Assembly (NCBI RefSeq): GCF_001194135.2
Contig: NC_068996.1
Location: forward strand, 35,599,319 to 35,645,190
Direction of reading: 5' to 3'
DNA: 45,872 nt
From: Octopus bimaculoides
Lineage: Eukaryota
How positions within the stretch are numbered: the stretch's first letter is position 1; each line of letters starts with the position of its first letter. Position numbers and translations under genes: made by a program. Under the pieces are notes generated by a model. The model worked only from the letters and a program-made list of their open reading frames with translations. It had not been told where the DNA came from and did not search any database. Below are positions 1 to 12,888 of the stretch, piece after piece.

Positions 1-72
<72 letters not shown>

Positions 73-1400
73 TCTGTGCTCCCATACAATCTTGTAAACC
101 ATCCACTCATTTCTACTTAGTTTCTGCTTAGAGGAGGCACCTTGTTGCCATTATATATCTCTTTGAAGCTCCATTTTTCTTTTCTCTTTTTCCTCCTCTT
201 CTACATGTGAGTAGCCATGCAGATCCTCTCCAAGAACTTGCTCTTCTACTCTTCTCTCTCTCAAACCATAACATATTATCTCCCCTGGTGTAAAAGTGAC
301 TTCCACCTCCCCAGGGAGTTCATAGTCCTGAAAGCTGCATGGTGACCTAAGCAGTTCTGGTAGCATGAAAAAAAAATCACCCAGTATACACTGTAAAACA
401 GTTGGTGTTAGGAAGGGTATCCAGCTATAAAAGCTATGCCAAAGTAGGCACTGGAGCACAATGTTGATAATGATGATGATGATACACACACATGCACACA
501 GAAGGGGAACATGCTAGTAAACAGAGCATCATGGGATGATGACAGGCATACAGCAGTAATGAGGTGGGTTGAAGTATGCTGATGTAGCCACCCACACATC
601 AATAAGGGTTGAAGGAGTTGGGTGATGAAGGCGGGGGCATGGTGAATGAAAAGTTGTTGAGTCCTATACCAGAATGCTGCATCAGGGAGTGCAAAGTTAG
701 GTTCAGAACAAGTGCAGTGACATCCTAACAAGAAGCAGTATACAGCAAACAGAAGGGATCCATTGCTATCCTCAGTCATATTAGAAACATGGTACAGCAA
801 GCGTTGAGAAGAGGAGGGAGTAATGGCAAGAAGAGTAGTGGGTATAGGTTAGAGGAGCAATGAAGGCAAGAGTAAGAGTAAGAGAGTGCAATGTATGGGG
901 AACAAAAGAGAGAACCAGTGTTGTCCTTAGTCTTGCTGACATTACAGTTCAGTTGTCAATACAGCTGACAAAGAGAGAGAGTGGAGTGATAGGGATATAG
1001 TTGTAGAGAGCAGGAACAAAAGAGATAAATATGTGAGTGATAGTGGTATGAACAATAGACAAGTATGTGATAGGGAGGAGAGATAAAGGGGGTGAGTGAT
1101 ATTGCTGGATGTTAGAGGGGTGAGAGGTCATCAAAGACGTCAATGATGTACATTAGATAATAGGCAGGCATACACATGTACATACATACATATGCCTTGT
1201 AATATATGCTTGTGCAGTGCTGGATTAACCATTAAGGAAAATAAGCATGTGTTTAGGACATCAAGGGAAGTAGAACACCAGAAAAATGGTAAATGGTTTA
1301 CAGCACAAAGAAAATGACTTTGAACTTGTTAAAATAATATCTGAAGTGGTTTATATAATTTCAAAGTGTTCATGGTGTCATAGTGAGAATCTGATTAAAA

Positions 1401-1630
1401 GGCTGTGAGCTGGCAGAAACGTTAGCATGCCGGGCGAAATGCTTAACGGTATTTCGTCTGCCGTTACGTTCTGAGTTCAAATTCTGCCGAGGTCGACTTT
1501 GCCTTTCATCCTTTCGGGGTGGATAAATTAAGTACCAGTTACACACTGGGGTCGATGTAATCGACTTAATCCGTTTGTCTGTCCTTGTTTGTCCCCTCTA
1601 TGTTTAGCCCCTTGTGGGCAATAAAGAAAA
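1401..1630 (+). mobile_element. tRNA-derived SINE family A, full length with TSD
   Basis: A/B-box-like agctggcaga / gagttcaaattc; core gcctttcatcctttcggggt..aagtaccag; 16-bp TSD gagaatctgattaaaa (1385-1400, 1631-1646). Confidence 0.9.
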
Positions 1631-2577
1631 GAGAATCTGATTAAAAGGCAATTACCAAAAGTAGGAGAAAACTTTTCAAATATAAATAAAGTGGAAGTAT
1701 ACAAAAATAAACGTTATTTTCTATTGAACTGTTAGTTTTGTTTCATCTTGAAAAATAAATATTTATTTTATAGATTATTATTGTTTATATTTTGAATTAC
1801 TCATATATTGGGGCACCAAAATCTTTGTGCTTGTGTATATACATAACAATTTTAACATCCATTTTTCCACACTTCAGCAGGAGAATGACTATTCTCCCAT
1901 ATAATACATCACCACTTAATTCAATGCTTTGTCATCTCCTTTGAGAGGTATTACAGTTTTTGAACTGTGTTCCTCAGTTTTTCTCTTCTATAGGTTTTAT
2001 TTATTTTGGGTGCATGTTACATCTTTATACAGCTGTCAAAACTTCCTGTCTGTGGGCTCCACCTTTTTCTCATCTCTTGGATCAGTAACCTGCTATTGGA
2101 TCACACTATTCCCACATACGTTAGCAGATCTCTTGTTTCTCATTCTATCATTTCTGGTGTGTCCTAAGTTTTGGTTTCCTTCCTGACTCTCTTCCTTCAA
2201 TGATTTACTTCCCACTCTATCCATCAGCAACACCCAACCCTTATGTAGATGTTGTCAACCTTCATTTCTTCCTAACATTCTCCAATTACACATGATCCAC
2301 TTACATCATAAACACCACAGGCCAAACTCACAGTGACTCCGTGGACAGAGACTGGAACAAAAATGCAATAGAGGCATTAAAATGTTCGGACAGGTAGACA
2401 ATACAAAGGCAGACAAGAGAAACAACAATTAGGACAGGCAAAAAAAATGGGTCATTCTTGGCTTTCTTTCATCAGTCAAGTCCCAGAAGTCACAACCATT
2501 TTGGGCAGTTACGCTTGAGATGGTTCGATCTGGTTGCTCCCCAAAAAGTCTAAGCTAAGAGCATTAGACCCCTTTAT

Positions 2578-2625
<48 letters not shown>

Positions 2626-3319
2626 NNNNNNNNNNNNNNNNNNNNNNNNNNNNNNNNNNNNNNNNNNNNNNNNNNNNNNNNNNNNNNNNNNNNNNNNNNN
2701 NNNNNNNNNNNNNNNNNNNNNNNNNNNNNNNNNNNNNNNNNNNNNNNNNNNNNNNNNNNNNNNNNNNNNNNNNNNNNNNNNNNNNNNNNNNNNNNNNNNN
2801 NNNNNNNNNNNNNNNNNNNNNNNNNNNNNNNNNNNNNNNNNNNNNNNNNNNNNNNNNNNNNNNNNNNNNNNNNNNNNNNNNNNNNNNNNNNNNNNNNNNN
2901 NNNNNNNNNNNNNNNNNNNNNNNNNNNNNNNNNNNNNNNNNNNNNNNNNNNNNNNNNNNNNNNNNNNNNNNNNNNNNNNNNNNNNNNNNNNNNNNNNNNN
3001 NNNNNNNNNNNNNNNNNNNNNNNNNNNNNNNNNNNNNNNNNNNNNNNNNNNNNNNNNNNNNNNNNNNNNNNNNNNNNNNNNNNNNNNNNNNNNNNNNNNN
3101 NNNNNNNNNNNNNNNNNNNNNNNNNNNNNNNNNNNNNNNNNNNNNNNNNNNNNNNNNNNNNNNNNNNNNNNNNNNNNNNNNNNNNNNNNNNNNNNNNNNN
3201 NNNNNNNNNNNNNNNNNNNNNNNNNNNNNNNNNNNNNNNNNNNNNNNNNNNNNNNNNNNNNNNNNNNNNNNNNNNNNNNNNNNNNNNNNNNNNNNNNNNN
3301 NNNNNNNNNNNNNNNNNNN

Positions 3320-4030
3320 GCCGCGGTGGTTTGGATTGGTGTACATAGAAAGTCGTGTAGACGCTGGTGGAGATTGATGCTGCTTAGTAGTAATTGTAGA
3401 AGCGTGTTGGTCATGACGATGATGCTGGTTAGTAGTCGTAGACTCGTGTTGCTGATGTGGCGACGGCGGTGGTCATCGTTGGCTGGACGAAGCTGTTGAT
3501 GTGTCGCTGGCTGCCGCTGCTGCTGCTGTCGTGTGGTACACGGCACAGTCTCTATAGAGAAACTGGACCGAGACAAATTTGTTGGGTATAAGTTGCTCTA
3601 TTTAAAGTGTTAAGAGGCCGTCGTACAAAGAAAAGTATGTATGTGAGTGATACATGTATGTGTATGTGTATTATTACAGCAGATAGAAAGAGTCATTAAC
3701 ACATGAGCATTTATACCAGTTCTTGCGTACACAATAATATGAGTCTGTATGTGAAGTGAGTTGGCTGTGTGTGGCAGAGCTGATCACTAGTTGTGATGTG
3801 GTGGCTTCCATGCCAGGCCGTGATTGGTCAGTTTGCGTTCTGGCGGGAACGGTTCGAAGAAGTTGCCGCTTTGAATATTAATCAGTCACGTGATGACAAG
3901 GAATGGGTTCTCCGCTATGCTCGCGTGTGTTTATATTTAAGTGAGAAGAATGGCGATAGCAGTTTTGTATCTAATGGCGATAGGTAGAAGAGACGATAGG
4001 TAGTTTCGTATGTAATGGCGATCGAGGTGT
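3320..4030. promoter_or_regulatory. CpG-rich promoter-like segment
   Basis: About 37 CpG in about 710 bp by hand count; GATTGG (CCAAT), GTCACGTGAT and three AATGGCG motifs. Confidence 0.45.
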
Positions 4031-4374
4031 TAGTTTCACTACATATATATAGATATATATATACACGCACACACACATATATATATACACAAATATAGTA
4101 AGAGGAGGGATATAATTATCTAGGCAAATACTGAATTTCTCAATGTAAAGTACCAAGGCTGGTTACTTCAGATGGTGTGTTTTATGGTAAATTTCCTTTA
4201 ACTCCCATCCGATATTAGTTTTTTCCTGGCTACTAGAGTGTAAAGTATGATGCTGATAATAAGCAGAATGAAGAATTTGAACATTCAAATTTTGTTTATT
4301 TACAGTTGGTTTATTCATATTAATTGTCTGACACATGTTTCAATTGCATATCTATATGCAACAATAAATATATA

Positions 4375-4682
4375 TCATCATCATCGTTTAACTTCCACTT
4401 TCCATGCTAGCATGGGTTGGACGATTTGACTGAGGACTGGTGAACCGGATGGCTACACCAGGCTCCAATCTGATTTGGCAGAGTTTCTACAGCTGGATGC
4501 CCTTCCTAACGCCAACCACTCTGAGAGTGTAATGGGTGCTTTTAAGTGCCACCGGCTCGAAGGCCAGTCAGGTGGTACCTGCAACAGCCACGCTCAAAAT
4601 GGTGTATTTTACGTGCCACCTGCACAGGAGCCAGTCCAGCGGCACTGGCACGATCTCGCTTGAATGTCTTTACACATGCCAC
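4375..4682 (-). mobile_element. RTE LINE 3' end fragment
   Basis: Reverse complement of the 3'UTR/tail seen at 21950-22156; CpGs retained. Confidence 0.85.
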
Positions 4683-5229
4683 NNNNNNNNNNNNNNNNNN
4701 NNNNNNNNNNNNNNNNNNNNNNNNNNNNNNNNNNNNNNNNNNNNNNNNNNNNNNNNNNNNNNNNNNNNNNNNNNNNNNNNNNNNNNNNNNNNNNNNNNNN
4801 NNNNNNNNNNNNNNNNNNNNNNNNNNNNNNNNNNNNNNNNNNNNNNNNNNNNNNNNNNNNNNNNNNNNNNNNNNNNNNNNNNNNNNNNNNNNNNNNNNNN
4901 NNNNNNNNNNNNNNNNNNNNNNNNNNNNNNNNNNNNNNNNNNNNNNNNNNNNNNNNNNNNNNNNNNNNNNNNNNNNNNNNNNNNNNNNNNNNNNNNNNNN
5001 NNNNNNNNNNNNNNNNNNNNNNNNNNNNNNNNNNNNNNNNNNNNNNNNNNNNNNNNNNNNNNNNNNNNNNNNNNNNNNNNNNNNNNNNNNNNNNNNNNNN
5101 NNNNNNNNNNNNNNNNNNNNNNNNNNNNNNNNNNNNNNNNNNNNNNNNNNNNNNNNNNNNNNNNNNNNNNNNNNNAGGATAATGAAATTTGGCACGCACA
5201 TTCTAATGTACATTGTCAATCCATTGCAG

Positions 5230-6066
5230 TAATTGCCTTTCAAAATGACCACCTTTTGCCTTGATCATAACCTGCAAATGAGTGGTACCACTTCTTCATC
5301 CAATTTGACCCATGAAGACGCTAGGGCTTTCTTCAGATTTGATACATTTGAGTAGGAGCGAGCAGAAACATTACTCTCTAAGATGGACCAGATTGCAAAG
5401 TCCATGGGACTGATGTCTGAACTTTAGGGAGGCCATATTGTCTTGTCCCCCAAACTGCTGAAATGCTCTTTGCACCACCTCTGTATCAAATTGGATGTGT
5501 GGGCCAGAGCCCCATGTTGAGTGACAGTCACCAAAGATTTCTGTGACTGAGGATAACACTTTCTCATCCAATATTTTTACCTAAACTTCACTGTTGACCT
5601 TGATGCCAGTATCCGCTTTAAAAATCCAGTGCATTGACGATTTCGAAATATCAAGAGCTTTTGCAGTTTTTCTTGCACTCCTGCAGGGATTTCGGTTCAT
5701 TCACTTCTTCACAGCTTCAACAATTTGTTTGGTACGAATTGATCGTTTTCTACCAGGAGTTGGCTTGCTAGAGGTAGTAGTGGATTCCATATATCGTTTC
5801 CAGGCATTGAACACTGTTTTACGGCACGCGTTCAACTGTTTTGTTATGTCTTTGTTGCTCACCCCAGTTGTTTTCAAAACGACAATCTGGTCACGTTTTG
5901 CTTTTGACGCCATGTTTGTTTACAAACCTGTTATAGACGAACGAAACAATAGACACATGAACAAAAGACATATGCAGATCTTTATGTAAAATGTAGATAA
6001 TATTACCTGAATCGATATTCTTTAGGAAGAGTTTTAAACATGGGTAAATCTTTCTGGGACACCCTG
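5230..6066 (-). mobile_element. Tc1/mariner (DDxD, maT-like) fragment with internal deletion
   Basis: Terminal TA|CAGGGTGTCCC at 6066; HTH MASKAKRDQIV...PGRKRSIRT; WPP*SSDISPMDFAIWSILE. The other end probably lies in the gap. Confidence 0.82.
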
Positions 6067-6679
6067 TATAGGGCGGGTAGAACAAACAAAAGAACAAGAA
6101 CTCAGCATATGAATATATATACATATTTATTTATTTCTTAATCGACTGAAAGTTTCAGAAGGAACTTATGGACTGAGAATTTCGTGTACAGATTAATGCG
6201 CGCACGCGCGCCAACACAGACACATTTGTATGACATTGCTGTAACAAATACTTCCGCGTTGTAGATTTCACTTATTATTAACAAGCATAAGCATCTGACA
6301 GAAGGCCTTGCAGCATTTCTTCCGGCACTTTAAGTTCTGATTTCAAATCCCGTTGAGGTGAATCTTTGCCTTTCATCCATCTGGTGTAGTACTCAGGTCA
6401 ATGGTATCGACTATTAAACCCACTCCTTTCAATACTGCTCAACTCGTGCTAAAATTATGAAGACAATTATTAAATGAAGGGTTATTTCCCGACACATGGG
6501 TAACTCCTGATTAGCAGTCTGCAATCCGTCCTTAGTAAATAAAACGTACTATTTCAGGCTACACCGTATTCTATATAACCGACCGTCATTTATGTAAGTT
6601 ACCGTTTTGTATGCAAGTGTATAAATATAAATATATATCCATATATACATATGTATGTGTGTGTATATATATATATATG

Positions 6680-6735
<56 letters not shown>

Positions 6736-7403
6736 CTGTTCTGTAATGTTTATTTCAGTAAATATAATTTTTTTAGCTCATTCATTCAATGATATTCGTT
6801 AAACGTGTATAAAAATAAATTTTCCTTGAAACTTAAAAAATTTTATTGATCTTTCCCATTTGATTTACATTGTAAACAAATGCTGTTTTGTTTTTAAACG
6901 ACATCCTTTCTCATCCTAATATCATTAAACCTGAGAGCTTCCACCAGGTTGGCCGCCCTCCTAGAAACAGCAGCAAAATCTCATCATTTAGTTTCATTTT
7001 CAAACAATAGGGAAGAATGTTCCATGACGTGGTGGTAAATACGACTATAAAGTCTCTGCGGTCACGGTTGAAGTGACTTTTCCGCGTAATTTTGCTAAAC
7101 AATGATATATTATTAGGCATTCTTTCGAATTGATTGGTAGTTTATATGTTGAAATAAACTTAACAATAACATTACTGGGAGAACTTTAATCGAAACCACG
7201 TGTTCCGTAACGTTTGATAAATCTTTGTCTTAGAACCGCTTAAAAGATAATTATTTATATTCTGGAATTTACTAATGAAATAATGATTTAGCTTTATTTG
7301 AACTCAGGTTTTTTCTTTCATAATAAGGTTGATTATTTTGATTTTTTTTTGCTCAAATTAACATATCCGGCTAACGTAGTGTTATAGATTTTTAGTACGT
7401 GTT

Positions 7404-7880
7404 GTTGTTTAGCCCATGGTCAGTCATGAAGCAGCACGAAGACATTCCAGCTGCGATCATCTCATGTTTTATTCAGGCAAAATATATTTAGGACTACGTT
7501 AACGAATGTGTACTATAGTTGATAGTATTAATTGCTATAGTAGTTGTTCAGTCCCAGTTCGATCCTGATCCGGCAAATTTATAACTGAAGATGTCCCAGC
7601 TATGATTTTTAATCAGATATAGTGTATCTAGGACTACATTAACCAATGTATAGAATAGTAGTTAGTATTAATGGGTATAGTTGTTTAGCCCTAGGTCAGT
7701 CCTGATCCAGACAGACATGATCAAAATTGTTCCAGCTGTGACCATTCCAACCTTTATTTAAACAGAGCATTTCGAACAGCATTATCTAGTGTTAGTGACT
7801 GTAGCTGTTGTTGTTCAGTCTTGATCTAGCCGATCTATGACGAAAGATGGTCCAGCTGTGACCATCCAACCATTAGACGG
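7404..7880 (+). repeat. Degenerate tandem array, about 130-140-bp unit x 3.5
   Basis: gttgtttagccc/gttgttcagtc starts at 7404, 7543, 7680 and 7810. A related array lies at 35515-35760. Confidence 0.75.
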
Positions 7881-8202
7881 TGCATCTAACCATTATAACT
7901 CATCGGGTTTCTGAAAGATGGGATGTGATTTGAAGAAAAAAAAACCCCTCATATATATATATATATATCTCACGGTGGTGCACCAGCATGACCGCAGCCA
8001 CTTGGCTGAAACACATAAATAAATAAATAAATACACACACACACACACACACAATGTGTGTGTGTATGTGTACATATATACATATCTCATTCCATACTTA
8101 CGTATGCATGATTATGGGGTGTGAATTTTGATGTGTGCCATGTTTCCTTATGTGTGTGTGTGTATATATATATGTATATGTATATATATATATATGTATA
8201 TG

Positions 8203-8261
<59 letters not shown>

Positions 8262-8279
8262 GTGTATATATATATGTAT

Positions 8280-8317
<38 letters not shown>

Positions 8318-8642
8318 GTATATGCATGTATATATGTATGTGTGTATATATATATATGCATATATGGGTACAGGACATCACTAACAGTAAACAACATGAA
8401 ATATGTAAATGAATGAGTTAAATATGCAAATACAGAGAAAAAAAAGGGACAAGTGATACAAAGAATGACCCTTTATAAGTTGTCGGCTGTCTATCTACTT
8501 NNNNNNNNNNNNNNNNNNNNNNNNNNNNNNNNNNNNNNNNNNNNNNNNNNNNNNNNNNNNNNNNNNNNNNNNNNNNNNNNNNNNNNNNNNNNNNNNNNNN
8601 NNNNNNNNNNNNNNNNNNNNNNNNNNNNNNNNNNNNNNNNNN

Positions 8643-8873
8643 ATATATCAATTAGAAAATGGAGGATAATATGCTGAAACCAACGACTTGCAGACAGTGT
8701 ATTCTGTTGAATTCATTAATTAAATTCATAGCTAAAGTGACTGTCATAAACACCTGTACTTTGTGAGTTTTTTTGTCACTTTAGCTATGAATTTAGTTAA
8801 TGAATTCAATGGGATACACTGTCTGCAAGTCGTTGGGTTCAGCATATTATCCTCCATTTTCTAATTGATATAT
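8643..8873. repeat. Fold-back element: 99-bp inverted arms, 33-nt spacer
   Basis: 8643-8741 is the reverse complement of 8775-8873 with few mismatches. Confidence 0.9.
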
Positions 8874-9021
8874 AAATTTAGGGTAACCCCCACCTTTACC
8901 CGCTCCCATTTATTGCATTTGGTATAACACCAGTGTAACAATAATTGGGTACCCTCCCAGCCGTATATTGGATAGATACTATCCCTTAGTGGGTTGAATC
9001 CTCAACCCCTAACTCTCTCGC

Positions 9022-9051
<30 letters not shown>

Positions 9052-9054
<3 letters not shown>

Positions 9055-9425
9055 TTTCTTTTACTTATTTCAGTCATTTGACTGCAGCCGTGCTGGACCA
9101 CCGCCTTTAGTCGAGCAAATTGACCCCAGAGCTTATTCTTTGTAATTCTAGTACTTATTCAATTGGTCTGTTTTGCCAAACTGCTAAGTTACGGGGACGT
9201 AAAAACACCAGCATTGGTTGTCAAGCGATGTTGGGGGGACAAACACAGACACACAAACATACACACACATACATATATATACATATACGACGGGCTTCTT
9301 CCAGTTTCTGTCTACCAAATCCATTCACAAGGCTTTGGTTGGCCCGAGGCTATAGTAGAAGACACTTGCCCAAGGTGCCATGCAGTGGGACTGAACCCAG
9401 GACCACGTGGTTGGTAAGCAAGCTT
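9052..9425 (-). mobile_element. tRNA-derived SINE family B
   Basis: Head tggttcc/ctgggttcagtcccactg, core gcaccttgggcaagtgtcttctactatagcc, tail agcatggccgcagtcaaatgactgaa. Confidence 0.82.
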
Positions 9426-9528
9426 ATATATATATCTATATATATATAAAGTGAATGAAATTCCAACATAGCCTGGTTTTTATGTTTTATTTTTGTTTTT
9501 TTCTCAATTTTACAATATTACATACTGT

Positions 9529-9574
9529 GATAAGACAAGTAGTTTCATGCTTTCTGCAATCTTCAGGTTTATAT
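9529..9574 (-). ncRNA. Type I hammerhead ribozyme core (minimal) in the Penelope 3' tail
   Basis: CTGAAGA-t-TGC agaaa GCA-t-GAAAC tactt GTC. Core is complete; stem I is poorly paired. Confidence 0.7.
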
Positions 9575-10761
9575 AGAAGCAATATTAACCGATAGTTATA
9601 CTATGTACAACTGTAGTGGAATGCTTGAATTTATTCTTTAAATACTTTTCAGTTGGCTCAAGCAAGCTGTATCTTACAAACTGTATTTCAGCCAATCACA
9701 GTGTGGCTTAGACATCACAGTTTTGTGTGTGCCAACATAGTTCATACTGACATCATGCAATTTAGCTGTCATGTCTTGGGTAGCATACCAAAATAGTTGG
9801 CATTATCAGGTCTTATTCATAAAAAAACATTTTAACCAATCAGTGTACGTCTTAGCCATCACTGTTGACATTGACAGTGCTTATTCATAGAGACATTTTA
9901 ATCAGAGTCATCTCTAAAGGATTCAGCTTTATTGGGATGGTGAAGGACACTTGATACTGTAAACAGTATTCCTGCCTTAAATGAATATAATATTACTGTT
10001 AAAATTTCTAGCATTTTATTGTTACTGCTACTACTACCACAACCATCACTAATCAACATCATTATTATTATTGTCCATTTTGAAGGGGTTTGGATTCTTC
10101 AATGAAAGTCTTTTCTCTTATTCTTCCCTCAACTTCACTTGAGTTGTACAGTTTGTAAAATGAGAATATCACAAACATTTTCTGACATGTTTCTCAATGG
10201 TTGCTTAATGCTATCTAATGAACACCAGGGTCCCTAAATTGTTGTCACTCATGAGCATTTTGATGATGAGTTTTCTGTCTGGCCAAGATATGTCTCTTCA
10301 CAATTCAAGCAGCTGATGCAGTAGATTAGATTTCTGCTTTTACAGTTCATATTTGCATTTGTAAATATTCTTCTGAGTTTTGTATTGATAAGTATGAACT
10401 GGCATGTACCATATCAATTGTCATTTCATTTGGATACTGTGAATGTTTTATCATTGTTGTTTACGTCAAACTTTGTCATTGCCGAAGATTATTTCAAATT
10501 TTTTGGTTGCTTTTACTTTGAATCAGTTTTTGCTCCTTTGACCAATGACAAGCAAATTTAATTTGGCAACATTAAAGATATTGTGGTACCATGAGTTGTG
10601 TTTCACTATAAAGAGTATAATGTTCTCATTTTTGTGTTCCTCTTCTTGGGCTGTTCTAAGTTCTGTAGGGCTTTGTTTAACATGTTCTATACTACTAGTT
10701 TCCAACTGGGGTCTGCATAAGGTTTTGTTGTTAAAGTTTATCTGCAATAAATTTTCTGTAA

Positions 10762-11305
10762 TTCTTTTACTTGTTTCAGTCATTTGACTGTGGCCATGCT
10801 GGAACACTGCTTTGAATTGTTGTTAGTTGAACAAATCGACACCAGGACTTTTTTAAAGTCTGGCACTTATTTTATTGATCTCTTTTGCTAAACTGCTGAA
10901 CACACAGATCAATAGATACATACATACACATACATACATACATACATACGTACACACATACATACACACATACATACATACATACACATACACACATACA
11001 AATGACAGGCTTCTTTCAGTTTCTGTTTACCAAATCTGCTCACAAGGGTTTGGTTGGCCCAAGGCTATAGTAGAAGACAATTGTTCAAGGTGCAATGCAG
11101 TGGGACTGAACCTGCTTGCATGCATACATACATACATACATACATACATACATACAAATGACAGGCTTCTTTCAGTTTCCATCTACCAAATCCACTCACA
11201 AGGGTTTGGTTGGCCCAGGGCTATAGTAGAAGACATTTGTTCAAAGTGCAATGCAGTGGGACTGAACCTGGAACCATGTGGTTGGGAAGGAAGTTTCTTA
11301 CCACA
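10762..11305 (-). mobile_element. SINE family B with internal ~120-bp tandem duplication, inserted in the Penelope ORF
   Basis: acaaatgacaggcttctttcag...gtgggactgaacctg occurs twice around (TACA)n. Confidence 0.8.
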
Positions 11306-12734
11306 CCACCATGCCAACACCTATAATACTCAAAATATCTTAACACTTTGTTATAAAATTCCTAATAATATTTAATTATGAAAGCAAAAGATTTTAAAAA
11401 ATATTAAATGGTTAGTAGGGCACATCCAAGTAAAATAGGAATAAAAGGGGTTCATAGATGAAAAAAAAAATGGTTGAGGAACACTGTTCTATACCATTTT
11501 CTATAAGTATGGGTGGATGTTTTCATTTGAGTAGAAATCCTTTAACTTCTGTTTCTGGTATCTCTGTGATCAACAATGGCACAAATTTTTCTGGCTAGAC
11601 AGTATGGGATATTATTTTTTGTATATGTTGGGTGGCATGATTTAAAGTTCAGGTACTGATGTGTATCTCTGTCTTTGTAATATACATCATTGGTGATAGT
11701 GGTGTCATTTTTAGTTGCCATTATCTTGAGAAATGGTAATTCTGTGTTGCTCATTTCCTTTTATAGATTTCAGAGTTGGGTGCAGATTGTTCAGGTAAGT
11801 ACTGAATTCTTCCAAGATGTCTAGAAATTTTGTCCAGATTTTGAAACAGTCATCCTGGTATCTCTTCCATGCACCTGAAATATACCTTCTAAAGTCAGTG
11901 CCATAGTTTTCTTCTACTCTTTGATATAGTTATTCTAAGTATTCTATTACTGAGTTCGCATAAACTGGAGCAAACCTGGTTCCCATTGCTGTACCTCTAA
12001 TTTGAAGATAATTCTTCCAATTGAAAAAGAATATATTATTTTCAAATATAAAGGCCATGGTAAATCCACTGGTAATCATTTCTCTTAGTTTTTTCACCCA
12101 ATGTTTAATCACTTTTATTCCTAAATCATGTGGAATATTTGTATAGAAGCTTACTATATCAAAACTAAATACGAATGAATTCAATTCTATTGTTTTGGAA
12201 AGATGGGAACAGGAAGTCAGTGTCATCCTGAATGAAACTTGGTATGTGAGTACATAATGGTTTCAAAATGATGTTAACTAAATTACTTAGATGATCAGGG
12301 CATACTGGACCAGCTATAATAGGTGTAAGTTTTAGCTTTGTTGGTTATAGTAATCTTATATATTCACTTATCTTGTTCCTTCAATTTATGTATTTTTGGT
12401 AAGCCGTAAAAGATGCCGGGTGTGGGCTCAAAATTGTGGGGTGGGGGAGTTATTGGTGATAAGGGAGGTGTAGTGTTGTAGGTTCAAAATTGTGGGTGAT
12501 AAAGTGAGTTGTGTTCTGAAACCAAATTACTGAACTTCATGATGCTGTAATTTAGATTTGAAGGTATTTCACAGTAAAATGTTGCATCCATCAATTGATC
12601 CTCAGCTAAATCTTGGTAATATTCAGCATCTATTGTGACAATAACATTCCCTTTATCTGCTTCTTTTATAACTATTGTGTTACTGTTTTGGAGGTGTTTA
12701 AGCACAGACTTCTCTGGTTTGGTAATATTTGTGA

Positions 12735-12888
12735 TGGCATTTCATCTGTCTTGAGTTCAAATTCTGCTAATGTCAACCTTGCCTTTCATCCTTGATGAAA
12801 TAAGTACCAGTTGAGTACTGGGGTTGATGTAATCAATTTACCCCTCCTCCAAAATTGCTGGCCTTGTGCCAAAATTTGAAACCAATAT
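12735..12888 (+). mobile_element. SINE family A (partial) inserted in the Penelope ORF
   Basis: gagttcaaattc..gcctttcatcc..aagtaccagtt. Confidence 0.75.

Noticed and set aside
724-783. Minus-strand CTGAGGA-tagcaa..ttgctg hammerhead-like remnant
   Set aside because: GAAA is replaced by TATA and stems I/III are unconvincing; at most a dead relic in an old purine-rich repeat.
6911-7120. 69-aa minus-strand ORF, and an alternative frame DFAAVSRRAANLVEALRF
   Set aside because: No recognisable family, no proper acceptor, and upstream in-frame stops.
7065-7215. acggTTGAAGT...cGAAACcacgtGTTccgt
   Set aside because: Two core mismatches and no credible stem II over 110 nt.
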